A stretch of DNA of 64,000 bases from an uncultured Acidobacteriota bacterium (GTDB lineage Bacteria > Acidobacteriota > Thermoanaerobaculia > Multivoradales > SZUA-115), in assembly GCA_963805975.1 (NCBI GenBank), contig CAWDVR010000006.1, positions 32,001 through 96,000 of the forward strand, read 5' to 3'. This document shows, one piece after another, positions 55,191-64,000 of the stretch; position 1 is the stretch's first letter; each line of letters starts with the position of its first letter. The position numbers and the translations under genes are program-made. The notes beneath the pieces are model-generated. The model did not search any database. It saw only the letters and a program-made list of their open reading frames with translations, and was not told where the DNA came from.

Positions 55191-56327
55191 TCAGCCGGGC
55201 TCGGCAGCCGGCTCGCCCAGCGCCTGCCGGTAGACGGCGAGGGTGGCGGCGGCGGCGCTCCGCCACTGGAAAGCTTCGGCACGGCGCCGGCCGAGGCCGG
55301 CCAGGGCCTCGCGTCTCTCCGGGTCGGTCATGCACAGTGCGATCGCCTCCCCCATGCCCGCGACATCGAGAGGGTCCACCAGATACGCGTAACCCTCGGC
55401 GATCTCTTTCAAGGCCGAGGTGTTGGAGGTGATGACGGCCACCCCGGAGGCCATGGCCTCTACCACCGGCAGGCCAAAGCCCTCGTAGAGGGTGGGGTAG
55501 AGGAAGAGGTCGGCGCCCTGGTAGAGCGCCGGCAGCTGATCCTGGCCCACTTCGCCGAGCAGCACCACGGAGTCCCCCAGGCCGAGCTGCTCGGCCCGCT
55601 GGCGGATCTTGAACTCCATTCCCTGGCGCCCGCCGACGCAGACCAGCGGCGCGGTGAAGCTCCGCAGGCTCCGCGCGTGGGCGTAGGCCTTGACCACGTT
55701 GTCGAGGTTCTTGTGCGGCTTGGGGTTGCCGACGAAGAGGGCGTAGCCCCGGGTGAGCCCCAGGCGCTCGAGCCGGCGGTCGACCTCGGCGGTGGGCAGG
55801 CTTTGGCGGAACACCTCCTCGACCCCGTTGTAGACCACCTCGATCTTCTTGCCGTCGAGCTGGAAGTAGTCCATCAGGTCGTGCTTGGTGTTCTGCGACA
55901 CGGTGATGATGCGGTCGCCGCGCGCCAGGGTGTGCCGGATCATGCGCTGCGCGTAGAGGAACGCCAGGCGGCTGGGCAGGAAGTCCGGGTAGAGCAGGTG
56001 GATGATGTCGTGGATGGTCGCCACCACCTTGCAGGGCACCACCGCCGGCAGCACGTAGTGGGTCGAGTGGTAGAGGTCGAGCCGCAGCCGGAAGAGCTTC
56101 CAGGAGAGGGTCGCGAGCTCGGCCAGCGAGTAGACCCTGGAGCGCTCGACCACCACCTCGAAATTGGCCGGCAGGTCGGAGAAAGAGTCGCGGCCCTCGC
56201 GGCTAGTCAGGAGCAGATAGCGGTTCTCGGCGTCCAGCTCGGCCAGCGCGCCGACCAGATTGCGGATGTAGGTGCCGATGCCGAAGTCGTGGACCTTGCG
56301 CGCGTCGATGCCGATGGTGTGGGTCAA
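55191..56327 (-). CDS. Glycosyltransferase family 4
   Basis: IGIDARK, TIHD, HKN and YEGFGLPVVEAM motifs; TTG start assumed. Confidence 0.92.
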   Translation of the reverse strand: MTHTIGIDARKVHDFGIGTYIRNLVGALAELDAENRYLLLTSREGRDSFSDLPANFEVVVERSRVYSLAELATLSWKLFRLRLDLYHSTHYVLPAVVPCKVVATIHDIIHLLYPDFLPSRLAFLYAQRMIRHTLARGDRIITVSQNTKHDLMDYFQLDGKKIEVVYNGVEEVFRQSLPTAEVDRRLERLGLTRGYALFVGNPKPHKNLDNVVKAYAHARSLRSFTAPLVCVGGRQGMEFKIRQRAEQLGLGDSVVLLGEVGQDQLPALYQGADLFLYPTLYEGFGLPVVEAMASGVAVITSNTSALKEIAEGYAYLVDPLDVAGMGEAIALCMTDPERREALAGLGRRRAEAFQWRSAAAATLAVYRQALGEPAAEPG

Positions 56328-56367
56328 GGGGAGTCTCGGGTGACGGGCTGGCACGATCCGCCGGGCC

Positions 56368-56393
56368 AGCTCCTTCGCTACGCTCAGGATGAC
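56368..56393. repeat. Single REP-like unit (TCCTTCGCTACGCTCAGGATGAC)
   Basis: Internal palindrome matching the widespread GTCATCCTGAGCG.AGCGAAGGA repeat type; intergenic. Confidence 0.65.
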
Positions 56394-56404
56394 GTTCGGG
56401 CGAA

Positions 56405-57550
56405 TCAGCCGCTGATTCTAGCCTGCGGCGCCAGGGCCTCGGCGAATACCACCTCCATCTTGTCGGCCGCGGCCTCCCAGGTGAAGCGACGGCTGCGCTC
56501 GAGGCCCCGCCAGCCGAGCCTCGCCGCCACCTCGGGATCGGCCAGCAGGTGGCGGAGCGCGCCGGCGAGAGCGCCGGCATCCCACGGCGGCACCAGCAGG
56601 CCGGCGTCGCCCACCACCTCCGGCAGGCTCGAGGCGTCCGCGGCCACCACCGGCACGCCGCAGGCCATGGCCTCGGCCGGAGGCAGACCGAAGCCCTCGT
56701 ACAGCGAGGGGTAGACGAAGACGCTCGCGGCTTGCATCACCTCCACCAGGCGGCCGCGCTCGAGCCGGCCGAGCAGGCGGACGCCGGCCGGCGCCAGCGC
56801 CTCGGCACGGGCCAGCAGGTCGCGGCTCCGCCAGCCGTAGGGACCGGCCAGGAGCAGCGGCGGCAGCTCCTCCGGCGAGTCCCTGTAGAGCGCCTCCCAG
56901 GCCGCGAGCAGCAGCGCGAGGTTCTTGCGTGGCTCGAGCGTGCCGGTGTAGAGGACGTAGCCTCGCGGGCAGCCGAGCGAGGCGCGGGTGGAGGCGACGG
57001 CCGCCTCGCCCGCCGGGCGGAACTCCGGGTCGATGCCGTTGTGCACCACCCGCACCCGCTCCGCGCACTGCGGAAAGTGGAAACGGAGGTCCGCTGCCGT
57101 GGCCTCGGAGATCGCCACCACCCGTTCCGCCCGCTCCAGCGTGCGCTGGAGGAATGGAAGCTGGGACAGGCGCACCTTGAGGCCGTGCGTCTCGGGCAGC
57201 AGCACCACGGTCAGATCGTGGACGGTGACCACCGAGGGCACCGGGCAACCCCAGGGCAGGATGCCGAGCGGCGACCAGAAGAGATCGACGTCACCGCGCC
57301 GGAGGCGGCGCGGAAGCTGCCACTGCTGCCAGAGCGTGCCGAGCGGCGCCGGCTGCTGCTCGAAGGCGACACCGAGCGCCGCGAGGTCCTCGGCCTCGCG
57401 CGGCGGCCGGTGCGAGAGACCGAGATAGCGGGCGCCTCCACGCTCGGCGAGGACGCGGAGCAGCGACCGCGTGTAGACGCCGATGCCGGTAGCCTCCGGC
57501 ACCAGCGCCCGCAGGTCGACGGCGATGTGGGGAAGTCCTCCGGCCGGCAT
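56405..57550 (-). CDS. Glycosyltransferase family 4
   Basis: TGIGVY, TVHDL, LEPRKN and YEGFGLPPAEAM motifs; TACAAT -10 just upstream. Confidence 0.92.
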   Translation of the reverse strand: MPAGGLPHIAVDLRALVPEATGIGVYTRSLLRVLAERGGARYLGLSHRPPREAEDLAALGVAFEQQPAPLGTLWQQWQLPRRLRRGDVDLFWSPLGILPWGCPVPSVVTVHDLTVVLLPETHGLKVRLSQLPFLQRTLERAERVVAISEATAADLRFHFPQCAERVRVVHNGIDPEFRPAGEAAVASTRASLGCPRGYVLYTGTLEPRKNLALLLAAWEALYRDSPEELPPLLLAGPYGWRSRDLLARAEALAPAGVRLLGRLERGRLVEVMQAASVFVYPSLYEGFGLPPAEAMACGVPVVAADASSLPEVVGDAGLLVPPWDAGALAGALRHLLADPEVAARLGWRGLERSRRFTWEAAADKMEVVFAEALAPQARISG

Positions 57551-57600
57551 GGCGGCCGATTGTAGCGGTGACCGTCCGAACGTGGCAGCCCGGCGGCCCC

Positions 57601-58080
57601 TCAGCGGTTCAGCGGACGCTCGTTGATCCAGTGGAAGCCGCGCGTGACGAGCGGGAACTCGGGCGGCTCGGTCAGGCGGAGCCGCGCCCTCACCTCGTGC
57701 CCGTCGAGCGGCCCCTCCACGTAGAGAACGTCTGGTTGCAACAAGCTGTAGCCGAGAGTGGTAGAGGATGAACACGGCCGCGCAAGCTGCCGCGGTGCGG
57801 GCGAGCCATCTCCTCCGGAAGAGTGAGCGGACCTCCTCGGGCTCGGCTGGGCGGTTGAGCACCAGCAGGTTGGCGAGGCGCCGCAGGTCGTGAGCCGCCA
57901 GGAAGACCGCCATCAGCAGCAGGTGCGTGGAGTAGAGCTTGACCGGCACGTCATAGCTGAAGTTGAGCATCACCACGTTGCTCATCACGCCGATCGAGAC
58001 CAGTGCGCCGAGCAGAGTGGTCCGGCGGACGGTCAGGAGCAGCCCACCGACCAGCTCGCGATGCCTCCGTAGCACGCCAG
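57601..58080 (-). pseudogene. Fragment of a DoxX-like membrane protein
   Basis: E..GGLLL..RRTTLLG...LNFSYDVPVKLYS.HL, and the terminal LVTRGFHWINERPLNR in another frame; N-terminus and middle are missing. Confidence 0.75.
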
Positions 58081-58126
58081 GATGCGGAGTGAAGTCCGGC
58101 CCGGATCTTAACTTCGGCTGTGCTCG

Positions 58127-58708
58127 CTAGACTCGCTGCCAGCTCATGATCCAGTTCTGCTCCCAGGTCTTGCCGCCGTCGGCCGAGACGGCCTGGCGCC
58201 AGCGGCAGGAGCTGGGAGTGATCAGGTCCCAAACTCCGACCGACTTCATGGTCCGGCCGTTCTCTTCGTAGTCGGAAGCGAAAATGCCGGCGCCGTTCTC
58301 GAAGCTCCCGGTCTGGCCGGGAGCGGTCAGGACTCCGCTCTTCGCGTTGACCCAGAAATCCGACCAGACGTGGCTCTCGACGTCGAGGAGGCGGAGGCCC
58401 AGGCCGCTGAAAGACCGCGCCGGGATGCGCAGCTCCTCGACGCTGCCGACGCCGCCGAGGATGGTCCAGCAGGTGGCCTCGCCCTCGAAGCGTTTCCACT
58501 CCGTCGCACCCGGCGCCCGCTGGAGGTGCGCGATCCGCCATTCGCCGACGAGGAAGTTGAAGTCGCCCGGCTTGCCGGGCGTGGGCTTCACGGGCAACGG
58601 CGGAATGGGATCGAGGGTCGGGCCTTCGGCCCTGATCGGGAACGGGAACAACGCCGTGGCACCGATGGCGACCGCGGCCTGGAGCAGGGCGCGTCTCTGT
58701 TCGTCCAT
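58127..58708 (-). CDS. DUF1579-like beta-barrel protein with a Tat-like signal
   Basis: QRRALL leader; DFNFL.G.W and S.DGG.TWE.NW.M motifs. Confidence 0.8.
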   Translation of the reverse strand: MDEQRRALLQAAVAIGATALFPFPIRAEGPTLDPIPPLPVKPTPGKPGDFNFLVGEWRIAHLQRAPGATEWKRFEGEATCWTILGGVGSVEELRIPARSFSGLGLRLLDVESHVWSDFWVNAKSGVLTAPGQTGSFENGAGIFASDYEENGRTMKSVGVWDLITPSSCRWRQAVSADGGKTWEQNWIMSWQRV

Positions 58709-58740
58709 GAGGTTTTCCTTTCGTGAAACGGATGTGGCGC

Positions 58741-59526
58741 TCAGCGGAGGGCGGAGCGCGGAGTCGGCTGCAGCCGGCAAGTCTCGACGGGTCCCTCGAG
58801 CCTTCGGGAGGTCTCGGCCTCGAGCGCGCGCCACTCGCGCGAGGCGGCTCGAGCGTCCGCGGCGGCGCGCTGCGCCTGCTTGTTGTCGAATCGGCGCAGA
58901 GCGACGAAGCAGGTGCCGCCGCGCACCGGGCGCTTGGGATCGGTCTTCATGCCGGGCCGCGTGACGAGAGCGCCGACGGCCGCGCCGCCGAACGTCTCGA
59001 GGAGGGGTGCGATCTCACCGCCGTGGAAGGCCATGAACTGATCGGCGCGGCCGGGAGGAAGGTCGTGGATCGAGACCTCGAAGACCGACGTTTCGACGCC
59101 GGCAGCTCCCGCCGGCGGACGCGGCGGCGGGCTCGCCAAGACCTCGCCGGAAGCCCACCCGAGCAGACGGGCGTCGCTCACGTCGGCGATCGTGGCGTTG
59201 CAGGCGTCGGCGCGCGAGAGCCAGGTCTCGGCGGTGTAGAAGCCCTGGAGCGCGGCCTCGCGTGTTTGGAGGTCTCCGAAGGCGCGGATCCAGACCCAGC
59301 GATCCGGGTCGTCGAGATGGCGGAACGTGCCGAGAATCAGCGCGCCCGCGCGCTCGTAGGCGTCGAGGAAATGCTCCTCGAACATCGTGATGAGCTCGTC
59401 GCGGCGGCCCGGCTGCGTCGCGTAGCTGCGCAGCTCGAAGACCGAGAGGCGGGAGGCCGCGCGTGCCACGCGCGCCAGGGCCGGGGCGAGAGCGGCGCTG
59501 ATGAGCAAGGTCCGTCGGGTCATCAT
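58741..59526 (-). CDS. NIPSNAP family protein with a Tat-like signal
   Basis: TRRTLL leader; ELRSY...PG.RD, D.DRWVWIR.F and RL.PT.RS.L motifs. Confidence 0.88.
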   Translation of the reverse strand: MMTRRTLLISAALAPALARVARAASRLSVFELRSYATQPGRRDELITMFEEHFLDAYERAGALILGTFRHLDDPDRWVWIRAFGDLQTREAALQGFYTAETWLSRADACNATIADVSDARLLGWASGEVLASPPPRPPAGAAGVETSVFEVSIHDLPPGRADQFMAFHGGEIAPLLETFGGAAVGALVTRPGMKTDPKRPVRGGTCFVALRRFDNKQAQRAAADARAASREWRALEAETSRRLEGPVETCRLQPTPRSALR

Positions 59527-59545
59527 GAAATTGACTCTACGGCGC

Positions 59546-59572
59546 AAACCCTGACACCCTGTGGCAAGGTTT
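59546..59572. promoter_or_regulatory. Palindromic operator, probable binding site of the WYL regulator
   Basis: AAACCCTGACA-N5-TGGCAAGGTTT (9 of 11 symmetric) between the divergent genes, next to a TAGAGT -10. Confidence 0.6.
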
Positions 59573-59591
59573 CCCAAGCCGTCTCGAGAGC

Positions 59592-60563
59592 ATGCGCGCC
59601 AGCCGCCTCCTGTCCCTCCTCATGCTGCTCCAGCTCCGGGGGCGCGTTTCGGCCTCGGCGCTGGCGCGCGAGCTCGAGGTGTCGGTCCGCACGATCTACC
59701 GGGACGTCGAGGCGCTGAGCGCCGGAGGCGTGCCGATCTACGCCGAGCCGGGCCGCAACGGCGGCGTTGCGCTCTCCGACGGGTTCCGGACCCGCTTGAC
59801 TGGGCTCACCCGCGGCGAGGCGGCAAGCCTGCCGTTTGCGGGGCTCGCCGGGGCGGCGAAGGACCTGGGCCTCGGCGCGGAAGCGGCGGCGGCGCAGCTC
59901 AAGCTCCTGGCGAGCCTGCCCGCCGATTCGGGCGCGAGCGCGCAGCGCATCGCGGAGCGGTTCCATCTCGATCCGCTGCCCTGGTATCACCGGGCGGAGA
60001 CGCTGGAGTGCCTGCCCGCGCTCGCCGGCGCGGTGTGGCGCGAGCGCAAGGTCCGGATCGAGTACGAGAGCTGGAAGGGCGGCCTGATGCGCGAGCTGGA
60101 GCCGCTCGGCCTGGTGCTCAAGGGAGGCCTCTGGTACCTCGTGGCCTCGGAACGCGGACAGCCGCGGACCTATCGTGTGTCGAGCATCGCCAAGCTCGAC
60201 GTCCTCGAGGAGGGGTTCGGGCGACCGGCGCGGTTCGACCTGGCGCGTTACTGGCCCGGATGGATCGAGGAGTTCGAGGCGCGACTGATGAGCGAGACGG
60301 CTACCGTGCGGCTGTCTCCCGAAGGACGCCGCATCCTGCGCGCCACGAGCCCGGTCACCGCCGAGAGCGCCGAGGCGACGCAGCGCGCCTCCTCGGTGCA
60401 GGGCTGGATCGAGGCCGAGGTCCCCATCGAGACGCCCGAGTACTCGGCGCGCCAGCTCCTTCGGCTGGGGGCCGAGGTCGAAGTGCTGGCGCCGCCCGAG
60501 CTGCGCGAGGCGATTGCCCGCGAGGCCGCGAACGTGGCGGCGCTCTACGCGATGCGGAGATGA
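59592..60563 (+). CDS. HTH-WYL-WCX transcriptional regulator (YafY family)
   Basis: MRASRLL, ELEVSVRTIYRD, WYLVA and EVL.P.ELR motifs. Confidence 0.95.
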   Translation: MRASRLLSLLMLLQLRGRVSASALARELEVSVRTIYRDVEALSAGGVPIYAEPGRNGGVALSDGFRTRLTGLTRGEAASLPFAGLAGAAKDLGLGAEAAAAQLKLLASLPADSGASAQRIAERFHLDPLPWYHRAETLECLPALAGAVWRERKVRIEYESWKGGLMRELEPLGLVLKGGLWYLVASERGQPRTYRVSSIAKLDVLEEGFGRPARFDLARYWPGWIEEFEARLMSETATVRLSPEGRRILRATSPVTAESAEATQRASSVQGWIEAEVPIETPEYSARQLLRLGAEVEVLAPPELREAIAREAANVAALYAMRR

Positions 60564-60566
60564 TGC

Positions 60567-62318
60567 CTACCGCAGGCTCACCTTGCGGCTGAGCTTGCCG
60601 CCCTTCACGCTGTCGTACTCGACGGTGACCTCGCCGTCGCCTTCCACCAGGAAGTAGAGCAGCCGGGTGGAGAGGCCCGGGACTCCCGGCACCTGCAGCC
60701 GGTTGGGGCGCTCGCGCTGCAGCTCCATGCGGCGCAGCCACGGGTCGTCGATCAGGCCGCTGGCGATCACCCTGCCCCCCTCGACGGATGCGATGTCCTG
60801 CCGGTGCAGGTGGTCCTGCACCGCGATGGCGGTCATCGAGGGGATGCCGCGGTCGTTGGTCACCGGCACCTCGAGCTTCCACAGGCGCGGCCCGACCTTC
60901 GCGACCGAGGGCTCGCCCAGGGAGAGGCGCGGCAGGTGGTGGGCGTTGAACAGCACGAAGACGCTGTTGCGGTGCACCTCCTCGGTGAGCATCCAACCCT
61001 CGGGCACACGGCTGACGTCGTGGCGGTAGCCGCCGACCTCGACCGTGCCGTACTGCGGGTGCTCGACCTTCTTCCACGGCACGAACTGCCGGCCGAGGGT
61101 CAGCAGGTCGCTGAACCGGATCTCCTCGCGGTCCGTGGCCGTGCCGTCGGCGTCGAGGTCGGTGGGCGCCTGGTACATCTCGTTGGTGAAGGCCACCGCG
61201 CCGTGGATGCGGTAGAAGTGCTCGGTGGTGCCGCCGAACACCGGGTACAGATCCTTCCAGGTGATGAAGTACTTGTAGCCGGGAAGGAGCTTCTCGCCTT
61301 CCTTGCCGATCAAGTCGTAGACCTTGAGGTCGGCCGGGGGGTAGGGCGGGTCGGTCTTGGCGTCCGGGCCGCGCAGGATCATGCGGCCGTTGTTGTGGAA
61401 GCTCTGCACGGCGCCGATGTTCTCGTGCGTCATGGCCCAGAGGGCGATCGAGCGCGTCTCGGGGATGGCGAGCGGATAGGCGCCGGCGCCGTTCTGCACG
61501 TACTCCGGCTGCCAGCCCCAGCCCCAGGTGCGGTTGGGGTCGACGTAGCCGATCGTGTCCTCGTTCACCCGGCCATCGCCGTCGTTGTCCTGGCCCTCCT
61601 CGCCGAGCAGCATGTAGTCGCCGAGCTCGTCGCCCTCGACCTCGACCAGCAGGCGTGGGTCCTTGGCATCGATGCGATGGCTGCCCATGCCCATCGGCAC
61701 CTTCTTGCGCATCTGGGTGATGACGCCGTCACCGTCCAGGTCGTCGTAGCCGTCTTCGTCCGTCTTGCCGTCGCGATCGTCGTCCACCGGCACCATCACC
61801 GTGCGCGGGAAGTGCGCCGTCGACGGACCGGTGAACCAGTGGGCGCGGCCGTCCGGGTTGACCATCGGCACGAAGTAGAAGGCGGCGCGGTCGAGAAGCT
61901 CGGTGATGCGGTCCAGCTTGCCGTAGTTCTGAAGCAGGAAGTCGAGGGTGTAGAGCGTCGCCTCCGTGCCCTGCACCTCGTTGGCGTGGGTGTTGCCGTC
62001 CACGTACATCGCCGGCTTGGCGCGGTCGGGCCCGGTGGCCGGGTTGTTGAGGGTGACGAGCCACATGTCGCGGCCCTCGATGCTCTTGCCGATTGACTCG
62101 AGCTTCACCCAGCTCGGGTAGGCGCTGGCGTAGCCCTGGAGAAGAGAGGTCACCTGCTCGTAGGTCATCAGGCGATCGAAGTGGGGCTCGGGTGCTTTGC
62201 CTTTGGCCTCGAGAGGCTTCGGAGCCGCGAGCGCCGGGCTCGCAGGGAGGACGCTGCCCAGGGCCAGGCAACAGAGCACCAGGCCGGCCCGGGCGTGGGT
62301 CGAGTGGGTAGTGCTCAT
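60567..62318 (-). CDS. Secreted M14 zinc carboxypeptidase
   Basis: Signal peptide, HANE, NPDG, D.NR, SFHN and DxDxDG repeats. Confidence 0.92.
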   Translation of the reverse strand: MSTTHSTHARAGLVLCCLALGSVLPASPALAAPKPLEAKGKAPEPHFDRLMTYEQVTSLLQGYASAYPSWVKLESIGKSIEGRDMWLVTLNNPATGPDRAKPAMYVDGNTHANEVQGTEATLYTLDFLLQNYGKLDRITELLDRAAFYFVPMVNPDGRAHWFTGPSTAHFPRTVMVPVDDDRDGKTDEDGYDDLDGDGVITQMRKKVPMGMGSHRIDAKDPRLLVEVEGDELGDYMLLGEEGQDNDGDGRVNEDTIGYVDPNRTWGWGWQPEYVQNGAGAYPLAIPETRSIALWAMTHENIGAVQSFHNNGRMILRGPDAKTDPPYPPADLKVYDLIGKEGEKLLPGYKYFITWKDLYPVFGGTTEHFYRIHGAVAFTNEMYQAPTDLDADGTATDREEIRFSDLLTLGRQFVPWKKVEHPQYGTVEVGGYRHDVSRVPEGWMLTEEVHRNSVFVLFNAHHLPRLSLGEPSVAKVGPRLWKLEVPVTNDRGIPSMTAIAVQDHLHRQDIASVEGGRVIASGLIDDPWLRRMELQRERPNRLQVPGVPGLSTRLLYFLVEGDGEVTVEYDSVKGGKLSRKVSLR

Positions 62319-64000
62319 CGCGAGGCCCCCTTTCCGCCGGCCGGCCTCTCGCCGGCCGTCCTGACCCGCGCCTGGGCGAGGTCGATCGTCTCCCGGTCGC
62401 TGCCGGCATTGTCCGTCTTCAAGGTGACCGCCAGCTTCGCCTTGGGACCGGCCTGGACCAGCCACTCGGCCTCGAGCGTGCCGATCTTGCCCTCCAGGCT
62501 CTCGCTGGTCACCGCCGACGTGCCGGCGAGCAGCACCGCGCCGTCGCCGGCCTCGAGCGTCAGCCGCACCGGCAGGTGGGCGCGGGCCTTGACCGCCAGC
62601 TTGGTGTGCGTGGGAAAGGTGCCGCGGTTGCCGGCCACGGCCCGCACTCGGTAGACACCGCCGCCCAGGCTCTCGGTCTCGACCGCGAGGATCTCGACCG
62701 CGGCGAGCTTGCCGGCGAGATCCAGCACCGTCGCCGTGTGGGCCTTCGCGGCCGGGGCGAGCGTCGCGAGCGGCGGTGCGACGTCGACGAACGGGTCGAG
62801 GCCGCCGGCCTCGGCCTTCGTGCCGTCGGAAAGGGTGACCTGCTTCCAGGCCGAGAACGCGTCGGGCGCGTTGGCGTCCACCCAGGCCAGCACCTCCCGT
62901 CGCCGCTCGGTCGCCGCATCGTCCTTCTCGGCTCCGGCCTCGTCCTTGGCGCCCATCTGCTGCGCCATCTTCGCCATCTGCTCCGGCGTCACCTGGTCGG
63001 TCTGGACGCGCTCGATCAGCGCCTCCGCGGTGAACTGCGGCGGGGCCTTGATGCGCTTCAGGAAGTCTGCCACCTGCTCGGCCGAGAGCTTGAGGAACTC
63101 TTCCTTGCTCATGCCGCCGAGGCGCTTCAAGGTCAGCGGCTCGTCCTTGCCCGCCTCTTCCTTCTTCACCTTGGGCACGCCCCACACGTCGAGCTCGAGG
63201 GTGAGCGCCCCGTACTGGTAGTAGGCCCAGGGTGTGAGGCCGCCTTCGCCGTACTGGCCGCCGGGCCGCTCGCTGTCGAGGCCCGCCGCCTTGAGGCGCT
63301 CCTTGTAGGCCTTGCCCAGCTCGGTGAGCAGGGCCTGGTCCTCGTCGGCCACCTTGGTCGCCGGGCCGGCGCCCAGGAACTGCGCGACCTGGTCCTTGCT
63401 CAGGCCCTGGCGCTTGACCACGGGATGGTCCTTGGCGACCTCCCAGATCTCGTCGATCGTGTACTCCTGCTCGGGGTCGAGGCCGAGAGCGCCGGCGATC
63501 TGCGTCGGCACCTTGAGCTTGAGCGTGCCGGCATCGGCGCCGCGGCCCAGGCCCTCGGGCGCGGCCAGCAGGTTGTTGGCCGGTCCGTAGACCACGGCCA
63601 GGGCGACGTTCTTGTGCGCCAGGAGAAAGTCGAGGACCGCCTTGGTCTCGGGCGTCGAGCCCGGCCACGGGCCGGCGCCCGGGTCGGGATGAGGGAAGGC
63701 GTGGGGGAAGTTGCGGTCGGGCGCAGCGCCACCGGCGCCGTCCTCGTTGAAAGCGCCGTCCTCGTCGTCGTCCCTGCCCTCGGTCTCGACACGGAAGCCG
63801 CCCGCCCAGCCCTTGGCCGCATCGGCTCGCACCATCAGGCGCGGCTCCTGCGGATGGGGCAGCCAGCCCCCGGCCGGGTCGGGGATGCGCAGCCTGGTGA
63901 TCCGGCCGTCGCCGTCCAGGTCGTCGGCGCCGTCCTCCGCGACGAAGCCGTCGCGGTCGCGGTCGAGGCGGCCGGAGGTTCCCGAGCGGCGTTCGGCAAC
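62315..64000 (-). CDS. M14 carboxypeptidase-like protein (5' end outside the window)
   Basis: DxDxDG repeats, DRNFPH, PETKAV and LELDVW motifs; C-terminal beta domain resembling its neighbour. Confidence 0.85.
   Translation of the reverse strand, partial: VAERRSGTSGRLDRDRDGFVAEDGADDLDGDGRITRLRIPDPAGGWLPHPQEPRLMVRADAAKGWAGGFRVETEGRDDDEDGAFNEDGAGGAAPDRNFPHAFPHPDPGAGPWPGSTPETKAVLDFLLAHKNVALAVVYGPANNLLAAPEGLGRGADAGTLKLKVPTQIAGALGLDPEQEYTIDEIWEVAKDHPVVKRQGLSKDQVAQFLGAGPATKVADEDQALLTELGKAYKERLKAAGLDSERPGGQYGEGGLTPWAYYQYGALTLELDVWGVPKVKKEEAGKDEPLTLKRLGGMSKEEFLKLSAEQVADFLKRIKAPPQFTAEALIERVQTDQVTPEQMAKMAQQMGAKDEAGAEKDDAATERRREVLAWVDANAPDAFSAWKQVTLSDGTKAEAGGLDPFVDVAPPLATLAPAAKAHTATVLDLAGKLAAVEILAVETESLGGGVYRVRAVAGNRGTFPTHTKLAVKARAHLPVRLTLEAGDGAVLLAGTSAVTSESLEGKIGTLEAEWLVQAGPKAKLAVTLKTDNAGSDRETIDLAQARVRTAGERPAGGKGASR

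Noticed and set aside
56405-58075. Apparent DoxX-glycosyltransferase fusion (556 aa)
   Set aside because: It is chance read-through from a pseudogene fragment. The GT has its own -10 and ATG at 57550, and the DoxX C-terminus ends in another frame.
61560-61790. Repeated GTCGTC/GCCGTC tracts in the M14 genes
   Set aside because: They are explained by encoded DxDxDG motifs and are not DNA-level repeats.

Overview
High-GC bacterial chromosome segment, most consistent with Acidobacteriota (Thermoanaerobaculia-like; inferred from the gene order, the IFADGFE C-terminal motif and the TPR-CHAT protein style). The left half is mostly housekeeping: PNP, lysS-lolC/E-lolD-clpC-bamA-skp-lpxD-fabZ-lpxA-GnnA-like-mtnP-surE-pcm, apt, tRNA-Arg(CCT), pdp, cinA, thpR, gpsA and guaA. 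Two accessory insertions interrupt it: a MEDS sensor plus hybrid kinase, and a lipoprotein TPR-CHAT protease plus a lower-GC Cys-rich partner gene. The CHAT pair is the best candidate for an undescribed system. The right half holds envelope and peptidase genes, a lower-GC islet with a 59-bp attC-like site between a degraded ORF and a membrane-protein gene, a GT4/WcaJ polysaccharide cluster, a WYL-regulated pair of Tat-signal genes, and tandem M14 peptidases. Three types of palindromic intergenic repeat and many apparently leaderless genes are visible. Several single-base frameshifts, including one at the start of essential bamA, suggest sequencing indels. No CRISPR array, integrase or transposase was seen.
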